A DNA stretch of 57,085 nt from an uncultured virus (IMG/VR IMGVR_UViG_3300020603_000002) (lineage: Duplodnaviria; Heunggongvirae; Uroviricota; Caudoviricetes), in the IMG/VR virus record IMGVR_UViG_3300020603_000002, one strand, 5' to 3'. Positions within the stretch are counted from its first letter, which is position 1, and each line of letters begins with the position of its first letter. Below the pieces are notes generated by a model. The model made no database searches. It was not told the DNA's origin and was given only the letters and a program-made list of their open reading frames with translations. Both the position numbers and the translations under genes were made by a program. Below, in pieces: positions 38,598 through 48,066 of the stretch.

Positions 38598-41495
38598 TTG
38601 GATAATATATCGTCTTTAGTTGAACACAAAGCTCTTGAACTACTTAACTCTTATAGTGGTGCAAATAACTATATACTTTTTTTAAAACAAAAAAAAGAAA
38701 ACTCAAAAAAGTTTTATCCCACAAGGGCTCAGGCTGATTACATTGTCTCTTATTTTGAAACAACACCAAAGGTTGCAAGAAAATGGGTTGACTTAGACAC
38801 TTATTTCTCTAAAAAGTTTGCTGAAGAAAAATATTTGCTAGAAATCCCAAATCAAATCTATGTTGAAAAAGTATTAGTTGAAAAAGAAAAGTCTTATCAT
38901 ATTTGGGGTAAGTTTTTTGAAAAGGATCAATTATCTGAATTTTGGGTTCCTAAATCTGCACTTATCAAAACACATAACGTTCAGAGTGTTGAAATTGATT
39001 ATTCTAAGTATTCTCATCGTCCTCCTCTAAATCACCAAAAAATTGCGATTGAAAAATTGGCAGGTTCAAAAAGATTTATTTTGGCAGACGATATGGGACT
39101 TGGCAAAGCGGAATTCGTTGAAAACAGAGTATTTACCCCTAATGGTAGAAAAAAAATAGGGGATTTGATTGTTGGTGATGAAGTAATTGGTAGTGATGGT
39201 AAAAAATGTTTAGTTAGAGGTGTTTATCCTCAAGGAATTAAAGATTTATATAGAGTCACGTTTAATGACGATTCTTCTGTTTTAGTTTCTAAAGAGCATT
39301 TATTTTCTGTTAAATCAAGAAGTTTTGGTGATAATACTAAAAATAAAAGAAATAAAGAATCTATTGTATTATCGGTTGAACAAATGTTAGACGAAAACTT
39401 AACTCTTGGGATTAATGGTTCACAGAATAATAAAAATAGGACATATAACTATAAAACATTTTTTAAAGAAAAAAATGGTAACAATAAATGGCAAATTCCT
39501 ATTGTAAAACCAATAGAATTTAATCATAATAGTTTACCACTTAACCCATATTTATTAGGTCTTATTTTAGGTGATGGTGGTATAACACAAAAAGGTATTA
39601 GTTTTACAACAAAAGATGATGAAATTGTTGAGTATATTATAAATATTCTACCAAAAAATACACAAATTATCAAAAATAATAATTCAAAGTATGGTTATAG
39701 AATAACAAAAATAAATGGACACAGAAATGAAGTTATACAAATTTTAAAAGAATTAAATTTAATGGGTTGTGGATCAGAAAATAAATTTATTCCAAACATA
39801 TACAAATATTCATCAATTGAATCAAGATTAGAAATTATAAAAGGTTTGATGGATACTGATGGAACTTGTTCAGTTAGTAAAAAAGGGTGCTTTGAAGGGA
39901 CTGAATTTTCAACAACATCTGAAAAATTATGTAATGATGTTATTGAAATTGTTAATAGTTTAGGTGGTATTGCAAGAAAAAAATCACGAAAACCTTGGTA
40001 TAGACATAAAGGTATCAAAAAAGAAGGTAAAAAATCTTATAGGGTAAATATTAAATTACCAAAACATATGAATCCGTTCAAACTTAGAAGAAAATTTAAT
40101 TTGTATAATAACCCAAAAAAATATAAAGTTGGTAGATATATCAAAGATATTAAATATGAAGGTGTTGGTGAAGCAGTTTGTATTTCTGTTAATTCACCAG
40201 ATAAATTGTATGTTACTGAAAACGCTATTGTTACACATAATACAACATCAACAATAATCGCAGCACTTGAAACTCAGGCAAAAAAAATATTAATTGTTTG
40301 TCCGGCATCATTAAAAATAAATTGGCAAAGAGAAATTGAGAACTATTCAGATCGTTCCGTTTTTATTTGTGAAGGAAAAAAGTTTTCAACCGAACATGAT
40401 TTTGTAATTATCAATTACGATATATTAAAAAACTTCCACGATCCAAAAAGTAAGGAATTAACTTTATTAGAACAATGTAATTTTGATTTGGTTATTTTGG
40501 ATGAGGCACATATGATCTCGAACGCTCAAGCACAAAGAACAAAAATCATTAATAGTTTTGTTAAAAAAATTAATAGAGTATGGTTGTTAACTGGAACGCC
40601 GATGACTTCACGACCTATGAATTATTACAATCTTTTGAGTATCATCGAAAGCCCTGTTGCACAGAATTGGATGGCATACGCCATTCGATACTGCCAAGGG
40701 TATCAGTTTAAAGCGGGAAATAGAAAAGTATGGAATGTTACAGGAGCCTCTAACTTAGAAGAGTTAAGAGATCGAACTTCTAAACAAATCCTTAGACGAT
40801 TAAAAGAAGAAGTTTTAGACCTACCTGATAAAATTATTACACCTGTATACTTGAGATTACAATCAAAAGAATATGAAAATCTAATGGGCGAATACTATGA
40901 TTGGTATGATAAAAATCCTGACGAATCATCATCACTTACCGTTCAGTTTTCAAAGTTAATGAAAGTTAGAAAAGTAATTGCCAACGAAAAAACAAGACAA
41001 ACTATTGAATTTGCCGAAAACATTTTAGAACAAGGGAAAAAAGTTATTATTTTTACAAACTTTACAGACTCACTCCAAACAATCTATCAACACTTTAGAA
41101 AACAAGCGGTTTATTTAGATGGTAGTTGTTCTAACTCAGTTCGTCAACAAGCTGTTGACCAATTTCAAACAGATGAAAAGATCAAAGTGTTTGTAGGAAA
41201 TCTCAAAGCCGCAGGAGTTGGTTTGACATTAACGTCCGCTGAGGTTGTTATTATGAACGACCTTTCATTCGTACCGGCAGAACACTCACAAGCTGAAGAC
41301 AGGGCTTACCGATACGGTCAGAAATCAAATGTATTAGTTTACTATCCTATTTTTGATAACACAATCGAAGCGGCGATTTATGATATTTTAATTAAAAAGA
41401 AAGAAATCATAAGAACTGTAATGGGTGATCAAATACCTGAAAATGTAGGTGATGTTGCTGAAGAAATTCTTAACATGATTCTTAAGTATAAATAA
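38598..41495 (+). CDS. SNF2-family (SWI2/SNF2) helicase containing an intein
   Basis: Walker A ILADDMGLGK|T is split by the intein. Also LIVCPASLKINW, DEAH, LTGTP, AAGVGLTLT and QAEDRAYRYGQ. Start taken as TTG 38598 because the track start at 38460 overlaps the divergent gene. Confidence 0.9.
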   Translation: MDNISSLVEHKALELLNSYSGANNYILFLKQKKENSKKFYPTRAQADYIVSYFETTPKVARKWVDLDTYFSKKFAEEKYLLEIPNQIYVEKVLVEKEKSYHIWGKFFEKDQLSEFWVPKSALIKTHNVQSVEIDYSKYSHRPPLNHQKIAIEKLAGSKRFILADDMGLGKAEFVENRVFTPNGRKKIGDLIVGDEVIGSDGKKCLVRGVYPQGIKDLYRVTFNDDSSVLVSKEHLFSVKSRSFGDNTKNKRNKESIVLSVEQMLDENLTLGINGSQNNKNRTYNYKTFFKEKNGNNKWQIPIVKPIEFNHNSLPLNPYLLGLILGDGGITQKGISFTTKDDEIVEYIINILPKNTQIIKNNNSKYGYRITKINGHRNEVIQILKELNLMGCGSENKFIPNIYKYSSIESRLEIIKGLMDTDGTCSVSKKGCFEGTEFSTTSEKLCNDVIEIVNSLGGIARKKSRKPWYRHKGIKKEGKKSYRVNIKLPKHMNPFKLRRKFNLYNNPKKYKVGRYIKDIKYEGVGEAVCISVNSPDKLYVTENAIVTHNTTSTIIAALETQAKKILIVCPASLKINWQREIENYSDRSVFICEGKKFSTEHDFVIINYDILKNFHDPKSKELTLLEQCNFDLVILDEAHMISNAQAQRTKIINSFVKKINRVWLLTGTPMTSRPMNYYNLLSIIESPVAQNWMAYAIRYCQGYQFKAGNRKVWNVTGASNLEELRDRTSKQILRRLKEEVLDLPDKIITPVYLRLQSKEYENLMGEYYDWYDKNPDESSSLTVQFSKLMKVRKVIANEKTRQTIEFAENILEQGKKVIIFTNFTDSLQTIYQHFRKQAVYLDGSCSNSVRQQAVDQFQTDEKIKVFVGNLKAAGVGLTLTSAEVVIMNDLSFVPAEHSQAEDRAYRYGQKSNVLVYYPIFDNTIEAAIYDILIKKKEIIRTVMGDQIPENVGDVAEEILNMILKYK
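39108..40241 (+). mobile_element. Intein (378 aa) with LAGLIDADG homing endonuclease, class 3-like
   Basis: Begins AEFVENRVFTPNG right after GLGK and ends VTHN before Thr+1. LAGLIDADG motifs YLLGLILGDG and IIKGLMDTDG. Removal restores GLGKTT. Confidence 0.92.
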
Positions 41496-41541
41496 TTAAT
41501 CAAATCTGTTTTAGTTTTTTTTTACTGAATATTTATCGTAA

Positions 41542-43683
41542 ATGAAAGTCTACATTAAATACGAAACTCCGGAATTAAAAAAAAACAAAGATTTTGTAGA
41601 AAAATTTATCAATTTTCTACAAAAAGAGTATCCTTTGAAAACAAATTTAAAATTAATGTTTTTAAATGATAGATATGGAAAAATGTCTACAGGAAGTAGA
41701 AGGGGGGACAATTTGATTAAAGTGCTAGCCAAAGGTAGACTAAACAGAGATATCATGAGAACTTTAGCACATGAATGGGTTCATGAATACCAAATGACAA
41801 TTTTGAAAAGAAAACAAGGCCCAAATATTGGTGGAGTTAATGAAGATGAGGCAAACGCATTTGCTGGTCAAATTGTTAAAAAATTTGAAGAATCTTATCC
41901 TGAACTAGAATCAATAATGTATGAATCGAAATCAATTACAGGAAAATTAAATCTACTTACGGAACAAATGTTATTAACTGAAAAAAATTTAATTAAGGAT
42001 AAATTTATTTTGGAAATGAAAAAAATTGGGATTGATAAACTACCATATTCTTATTCATCTCTAAAAAAATTTATTGATACAAAAACTATGGATATTCACT
42101 ACAACAAACATTACAAAGGTTATGTTAATAAGTTGAATAAGTCTTTGAAAAACAAAGACGGTGACATGGAATTAGAAGAAATTATTAAATCTATAAGTAG
42201 ATTCGACACTAAGGTTAGGAACAATGCTGGCGGTGCGTTTAATCATGCTTTGTTTTGGAAAATGTTATCGCCGAAAAAACAAATACCAAGAGGAGAGATA
42301 TATAAACAAATAAAAAAAGATTTCGGAAATATTAAAAAAATGAAAGACGAATTCAATCAAGCAGCAAAAGATCGTTTTGGTTCTGGATGGGCTTGGTTAT
42401 ATCTTTCTAAAGATGGTAAATTAAAAATAATGTCTACCCCTAATCAAGATAACCCACTTATGAATGTTGTAAAAAAAGGAGGGTTTCCACTTTTAGGCTT
42501 GGATGTTTGGGAACACGCATATTATTTAAAATACCAAAACAAAAGAGATGAATATATTAATAATTTTTGGAATGTTGTAAATTGGGATTTTATTGAGGAG
42601 TTATATTTATCAAAAACAAAAAAAACAATCAAAGAAGATATTTTTAATAAAGGAGTCATTAACGAGATTAGTAAAACTTTTGCATTCCCATATACCACAA
42701 AAGGCTTAAGAGAACTTATACATTCTCAATATGTTGGTTGTTACAATAAACAATATAAAAATGGTTGTCTAGGTAAAATAGAAACAAAAAAATGTACAAC
42801 TGAATTAGGGGTTTTAGGTGGTGATTATTCTGAAAAAAAATTCGGAGGTACTAGTCAGTGGTCGATAATTAATAGATTCGATACTAATAGTCGTGTTAAA
42901 AAAGAAATCTATAATATATGGTTAGAAGAAACTCAAGGAGTAATCGACTTCAAAACATGGATCAAGGATCACGCATATGATTTATTTGCGAACGATGGAA
43001 TGTATTTAGATAGATTGGCAGAACCAAATATAGGAACTATTGAGATTGGTAAAGATAATGAAAGTTATGCAAAACAAATAATTAGACAAATATACAATCT
43101 TAGTCCTGATCAAGAGGGTGTATCTTATGAATTATATGAACATTGTTCTGGCGATGTTAATGATAGAAAGAAAGGACAAGATATTGTTTTAATTATAAAA
43201 GGGGGAGATACCATATATTTCCAAGTCAAACCTTTTTTAAATAAAAACAATGAAATTGAATATTTCGATGGTGGAGATAGAGGGTATTATTTTAAAGTTT
43301 CATCATGGCATAGACAAACAAAATATAAAGGGGAAAATGTCGATGTAATTTTATATGTAGACAGAACCGAAAATAAATATGTAATGTTTAGAAATGACCA
43401 CAATAGAATGTTAACGATAAGTAACCCGAAAACACAACCGCCTTACTTTATTTATTATTATGAAATGCCGCTACAAAGTAATTTTGAAATTCCTATACAA
43501 AAAGAAATTTCTAAAATACCTGTCAAAAATTCAATATCTAGAGACGTTAAAAAAGAAATTGACTTTTATAAAGAAAGAATTAAATATTTTACCAACAAAA
43601 TAAAAGAACTTGGGGGTGAAAATCAAGAAATAAGAAAACTAGTAGAATTATATAAAAAAAATTTAAACAAGATAATAATATAG
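41542..43683 (+). CDS. sodA: Fusion protein: HExxH metallopeptidase-like domain, Fe/Mn superoxide dismutase, and C-terminal nuclease-like domain
   Basis: SOD motifs LPYSY, HYNKHY, NNAGGAFNHALFW, FGSGWAWL, TPNQDNP and DVWEHAYY, with GG and Gln suggesting Mn type. N-terminal TLAHEWVHE...EDEANA; C-terminal GQDIV...YFQVK. Confidence 0.85.
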   Translation: MKVYIKYETPELKKNKDFVEKFINFLQKEYPLKTNLKLMFLNDRYGKMSTGSRRGDNLIKVLAKGRLNRDIMRTLAHEWVHEYQMTILKRKQGPNIGGVNEDEANAFAGQIVKKFEESYPELESIMYESKSITGKLNLLTEQMLLTEKNLIKDKFILEMKKIGIDKLPYSYSSLKKFIDTKTMDIHYNKHYKGYVNKLNKSLKNKDGDMELEEIIKSISRFDTKVRNNAGGAFNHALFWKMLSPKKQIPRGEIYKQIKKDFGNIKKMKDEFNQAAKDRFGSGWAWLYLSKDGKLKIMSTPNQDNPLMNVVKKGGFPLLGLDVWEHAYYLKYQNKRDEYINNFWNVVNWDFIEELYLSKTKKTIKEDIFNKGVINEISKTFAFPYTTKGLRELIHSQYVGCYNKQYKNGCLGKIETKKCTTELGVLGGDYSEKKFGGTSQWSIINRFDTNSRVKKEIYNIWLEETQGVIDFKTWIKDHAYDLFANDGMYLDRLAEPNIGTIEIGKDNESYAKQIIRQIYNLSPDQEGVSYELYEHCSGDVNDRKKGQDIVLIIKGGDTIYFQVKPFLNKNNEIEYFDGGDRGYYFKVSSWHRQTKYKGENVDVILYVDRTENKYVMFRNDHNRMLTISNPKTQPPYFIYYYEMPLQSNFEIPIQKEISKIPVKNSISRDVKKEIDFYKERIKYFTNKIKELGGENQEIRKLVELYKKNLNKIII

Positions 43684-43712
43684 TTCAAAGATATTTATAT
43701 AAAAAATATTTT

Positions 43713-44840
43713 ATGGCAATAATCAATGAACCCGAAAGAAGTGAGTTTTATCAAAAGGTAAGACATCTTTTAGGTGCCCCATTAAGATCCGTGGAATTGG
43801 AGGACGAAATGATGGATACTTTATTAGAATATTCAATAGACGACTATTCTCAATACGTACAAGATTGGTTAATTGAATCTCAATGGACATCATTGTATAA
43901 TTTGAATCTTGACACTCAATCTTTATCAAGAGCTTTCATTACTAAAAGTTTAGATTTTGAAACAAGATACACTTTTGCCTATTCAAAAATTGTTGGGTTA
44001 CAAGCTGGAGGTGATTGGGAAATTAAAAAAGATTACGTTCAGTTAGTTCCAAATCAACAAATATATGAAATACCGGCCGGCAGAGAAATTAATGAGGTTC
44101 TTTGGTTTACACCATCTACATTGAACAATCTAATGTTTGGTTTAGGAGGATTTGCAGGAATTGGTACTGGAACAGGTTTAGGAGGAGGGGGTGGTCTTGC
44201 CCAAATCGGTAACATGGCAGGAAGTTATTATTTAACACCCGCATTTGATACTTTGTTAAGGATGCAAGAAGTTAATATCCAAAGAAGAATTTATGCGGGT
44301 GATTTAACTTATTATATAACGGCTTTACCAGATGGTAAAAAAGCTTTACATCTTTTGAACACACCAGGTGGTAAATTTGACTTTGGAAACGCTGAATTGG
44401 CGAAAGGGCAAGTATGGTATTGGTATTATGACACATCACAAGGGGATAGAGACAAATGTTTGGCAGACAATCCCGATATTGTTTTGTTGCCATCAGATGT
44501 TCCTTTTAATAAAATATCTTGGTACAAGTTAAATAATCCCGCACAAGTTTGGGTTAGAAAATGGTTTGTGGCATATTGTAAAGAAACATTAGCAAGAGTT
44601 CGTGGAAAGTTTAGTGGTAGTTTAAAAACCCCTGACGGAGATCTTACTATGGATTACACCACTTTAGCGACTGAAGGTAAAGATGAAAAGTTAAAACTAA
44701 TCGAAGAACTGACAGGCGCAGATGGAAGACTTACAAGACTTCGTCCTGAAAAAGTTATGGAAAAAGAGGCATTATTAGCGGAAAATCTAAACAAAACTCT
44801 TAAATTTAGAGCTATGCCTCGTCAGATATATGTAATATAA
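43713..44840 (+). CDS. Probable neck protein (T4 gp13-like head-tail adaptor)
   Basis: N-terminal VRHLLGAPLRSVELEDE and C-terminal WVRKWFVAYCKETLARVRGKFSG...PDGDLTMD. Confidence 0.75.
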   Translation: MAIINEPERSEFYQKVRHLLGAPLRSVELEDEMMDTLLEYSIDDYSQYVQDWLIESQWTSLYNLNLDTQSLSRAFITKSLDFETRYTFAYSKIVGLQAGGDWEIKKDYVQLVPNQQIYEIPAGREINEVLWFTPSTLNNLMFGLGGFAGIGTGTGLGGGGGLAQIGNMAGSYYLTPAFDTLLRMQEVNIQRRIYAGDLTYYITALPDGKKALHLLNTPGGKFDFGNAELAKGQVWYWYYDTSQGDRDKCLADNPDIVLLPSDVPFNKISWYKLNNPAQVWVRKWFVAYCKETLARVRGKFSGSLKTPDGDLTMDYTTLATEGKDEKLKLIEELTGADGRLTRLRPEKVMEKEALLAENLNKTLKFRAMPRQIYVI

Positions 44841-44844
44841 TTTT

Positions 44845-45192
44845 ATGGCAATCGTAAGAAAAAAACCAATCAGAAAAACAGTTTTTAGAGGTGATAGATC
44901 ATTGAATTTGGACACGTTTGACACAATAATTACGAGTGAAAATTTTTACAAAACTAATGGTGAAAACTTAATAATAGTTAAAGATGTAAATATTTGTAAA
45001 ATTAAATTAGACTCTACTACAACAGATACTATAAAAATAAAAACCTTGACTAACTGTACCATAATTCCTGACATAAATAGAATAGATGAGGAATGGGATG
45101 AAATATCAGTCGGTAAAGGAGCTTGTGTTGAGTTACAAAATGTTAACGGTGTTTGGTACATCCTATCTTCTGACGGAGTAAAACTTGAGTAG
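44845..45192 (+). CDS. Hypothetical protein (115 aa)
   Basis: ORF 4 nt after the neck gene, beta-rich. Its 3' end overlaps the convergent polB end. Confidence 0.65.
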   Translation: MAIVRKKPIRKTVFRGDRSLNLDTFDTIITSENFYKTNGENLIIVKDVNICKIKLDSTTTDTIKIKTLTNCTIIPDINRIDEEWDEISVGKGACVELQNVNGVWYILSSDGVKLE

Positions 45193-47982
45193 GTCATTTT
45201 CAGGAACATAACTCAACATTGTTTTATCGGCATTTTTGTACATGTGATATGGAGTTTCATTAACTCTATTCCAAAATGACATTTCTTCATCTGATATTTC
45301 CATTACATCTTCCAACTTGTCTTGATCACCCTCATCGAAAGGTTGCCCATTTATTAGTTCACATTGGTCTTTAGTGAAGAAAGGTCTATCTTCAGGATTC
45401 TTTACTAATAATCCGTTTCTTACTTCTTGTTTAAATACAACAAGTAATGGTTCAACTCTTTTATTAAATGTTAAAATTGCTCTTTGGATATTGTATTGAC
45501 CTTTCATTGCTGGGTTGTTTTCTAAATCCGAAGGGTCAATACGATAACAATTTAACTGAATTATAGAATCTAAGTTATCAGGAATACTTCCACCGTAAGT
45601 ATCGATATGTTCTTGTGACCAACCTTTTTTTGGTCTGTTAACTTTCTGAACATCTCCGTGCGATGCTTTTGTTGCGTTGTTTACATAAAAGATTACATCA
45701 CCAAGATTAATATTAAGACCTTCTTTTATTGCAAGTTCCATATGTGCTTGACGAGACATTAAACTTCCTGCCTTTGTAGTTTGTTTACTACGAATGATAT
45801 ACTCGTCAATACTTTGTTTTACTTTAGCTTTGTTTGCAATATCCATAAGAGGTATTTGTAAATCAAATATTTGTTGTACATATTCATAGTACCATTCCAC
45901 AAACTCTTGTCCTTTACCATCAAGAAGTAATTTGATTCCTTTATCCAAGAATTTCTCAATATAGATTGGCATTTTTTTAGATTTGATTGAGTTACCTGTA
46001 AGTTTGATTTTACCTTTTGCGGTCATAAGAGCGTAGTTCTTACGAGCTAAGTTTATACATGCAGGCCATTGACCATCAGTATCAAGAGCCATCTCACCTC
46101 TCATTGCAAGATCGTTAAACTCCATTACATCAGCTTCCTCACCGAAATATTCTCCACCTTCTTTGACTTTCCAGTTCAGACCTTTACCAACATATTTTCT
46201 TTCTTCAACACCTTCAGGAACCGAAAAGTTAATACCGTCCGTGTCCATTACAAGAGGTGTATAACCACGATCCATAAAGAAATGAATCATCATACGAAGA
46301 TACTGACGACCTGTGCAAGTAATCATCTCACCTTTGTCCATATCACCCCAATGAAAAACTTGTGGAGCCGACAAGGCACCAAACATAGAGTTAATAAAAA
46401 TCTTGATCGGTAATTGTTTTCGGTCATACGAAGTTGATTTCTTTTTATCGATCGTTGCATATTCCTCGGCCATTTGTTTGTATTTAATACGAGTATTACG
46501 GAAGTATGATAATAAACCTTTCATTGCGCCTGTTACATCACACTCGGGGAATACATCGTGTACCAACTGAATAGAAGGGTATAGAGATGAGTAGTCGAGT
46601 TTTAATACATTCTTCGAATAACCTGTTCGGATCAAACGAGAAAGTCCGCCTACGAAGTTCCCTTTGTCGTTTTTTGCAGGAATCGCAAGTGCATGTTTAT
46701 AAGACCAAGCTAACATCAACATTTTCCATAATGTTGCAGTTCCCATAGTTGAAACCCTTTCATATGTTGTTGGAAGAAGTGATGCCAACAAAAAAGATCC
46801 TTGATTGAATTCTTCGTCAACCAATAGAGTTTCTTCTAAGTCATCGTCAAGATAACGCTCAATAATGTCGGCACCTGTTGTTTTAATATAAACATTCGGG
46901 TGTCTACCGCAAACTTCATCAATCTTTGAATCTATACCAACTTTTTTGTATTTACCATTTTCAATATTTAACCAATACTCCTCCTTCTTCCGATACATAG
47001 ATCCAATTTTATTATGTTCAACATAAATACGATCAGGGGATTCAGCCTCAATATATTTGGTAATATACTTCAAACCTGCTTCTTTGATGTTTGAATTAAT
47101 TGCTTGAGCTCTTCTAACTGAATGCAGAATATCAATAATGTTATAACCCCACATTTGAGTTTGAGTAAACTTCTCTACTTCGTTTGCAAGTTTCAACATT
47201 GACTCTTTTTGTGAAATAGATTTCTCAGGGTTAAACGATTTGGCAACTCGTTTAATATCAAGATTTAAAATTTTACATCTTTCATAAATCCAATACCAGT
47301 CAAAGTTAAATGAGTTGTATCCTGAAAGAATGGAAGGTTTTTGTTCCTCAATAATATTAAAGAACTCCGTAATACCTCTACGTTCTTCGTCTTCATTAGC
47401 ACATTCAATAACTTTTTTAAATCCTTTATTTGTTTTAATTCCGATCATGAAGATACGACCATCCTTGGGCTCAAGTGAGGTAGTTTCAAGGTCAAATACC
47501 ATTCTCGTAATGTCGTTGTATTCTTCGAAACCTTTAAATAATCTTTTTTCTTTTGATATGAGGTATTGTTCAACGGGAGGTAATACCATTATGAGGTCTC
47601 TTACATTTTCACCCCAAGGGTCTACTCCACCTTCTCTAAAGAACTGAATGAGGTTTCTATAACCTTTCATAGATTTTACAAGAAATGTTAAACCACGTTC
47701 TAAACGATCATTACCGTCAGTTCGTAGTTTTTCAATTATTATACCATGTTTGGTCATGGCTTCTTTTTGTAATGTCTTAGATTTCGAATAGAAGTTGAGA
47801 TTTCGTAGATCACCCACCCAAGCAAAAGATACTAAAGTATCTAGTTGGATCTGTTTTCCTTTATTAGGAACTTCTTTTATTTTGAAAATCTTGTCTGTTA
47901 GATAATCGTATTCTACTGATACGATGAATTCTTCAGGATCATTACCCTGAAGAAATTGTTCTATTTCTTCTTGTGATATCAT
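45163..47982 (-). CDS. polB: Family B DNA polymerase
   Basis: Exo I FDLETT, Exo II GYNSFNFDW, motif A DYSSLYPS, motif B KIFINSMFG, motif C MDTDG, and KNYA. Confidence 0.93.
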   Translation of the reverse strand: MISQEEIEQFLQGNDPEEFIVSVEYDYLTDKIFKIKEVPNKGKQIQLDTLVSFAWVGDLRNLNFYSKSKTLQKEAMTKHGIIIEKLRTDGNDRLERGLTFLVKSMKGYRNLIQFFREGGVDPWGENVRDLIMVLPPVEQYLISKEKRLFKGFEEYNDITRMVFDLETTSLEPKDGRIFMIGIKTNKGFKKVIECANEDEERRGITEFFNIIEEQKPSILSGYNSFNFDWYWIYERCKILNLDIKRVAKSFNPEKSISQKESMLKLANEVEKFTQTQMWGYNIIDILHSVRRAQAINSNIKEAGLKYITKYIEAESPDRIYVEHNKIGSMYRKKEEYWLNIENGKYKKVGIDSKIDEVCGRHPNVYIKTTGADIIERYLDDDLEETLLVDEEFNQGSFLLASLLPTTYERVSTMGTATLWKMLMLAWSYKHALAIPAKNDKGNFVGGLSRLIRTGYSKNVLKLDYSSLYPSIQLVHDVFPECDVTGAMKGLLSYFRNTRIKYKQMAEEYATIDKKKSTSYDRKQLPIKIFINSMFGALSAPQVFHWGDMDKGEMITCTGRQYLRMMIHFFMDRGYTPLVMDTDGINFSVPEGVEERKYVGKGLNWKVKEGGEYFGEEADVMEFNDLAMRGEMALDTDGQWPACINLARKNYALMTAKGKIKLTGNSIKSKKMPIYIEKFLDKGIKLLLDGKGQEFVEWYYEYVQQIFDLQIPLMDIANKAKVKQSIDEYIIRSKQTTKAGSLMSRQAHMELAIKEGLNINLGDVIFYVNNATKASHGDVQKVNRPKKGWSQEHIDTYGGSIPDNLDSIIQLNCYRIDPSDLENNPAMKGQYNIQRAILTFNKRVEPLLVVFKQEVRNGLLVKNPEDRPFFTKDQCELINGQPFDEGDQDKLEDVMEISDEEMSFWNRVNETPYHMYKNADKTMLSYVPENDLLKFYSVRR

Positions 47983-48007
47983 ACTTATTTACTTTTGGTG
48001 TATTAGC

Positions 48008-48040
48008 TGTCGAATAAGGTCGACATTTACCTTCGTAAAT
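48008..48040 (-). promoter_or_regulatory. Tandem hairpins in the polB 5' leader
   Basis: Minus strand ATTTAC-GAAG-GTAAAT followed immediately by TGTCGA-CCTTAT-TCGACA (sharing one nucleotide), 25-58 nt upstream of the ATG. Confidence 0.45.
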
Positions 48041-48066
48041 AAATATAGGAGTAATAATTACTCTTA

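Noticed and set aside
45163..45192. 30-nt convergent overlap between polB and the 115-aa gene
   Set aside because: Short tail-to-tail overlaps are common in compact phage genomes; no further signal.
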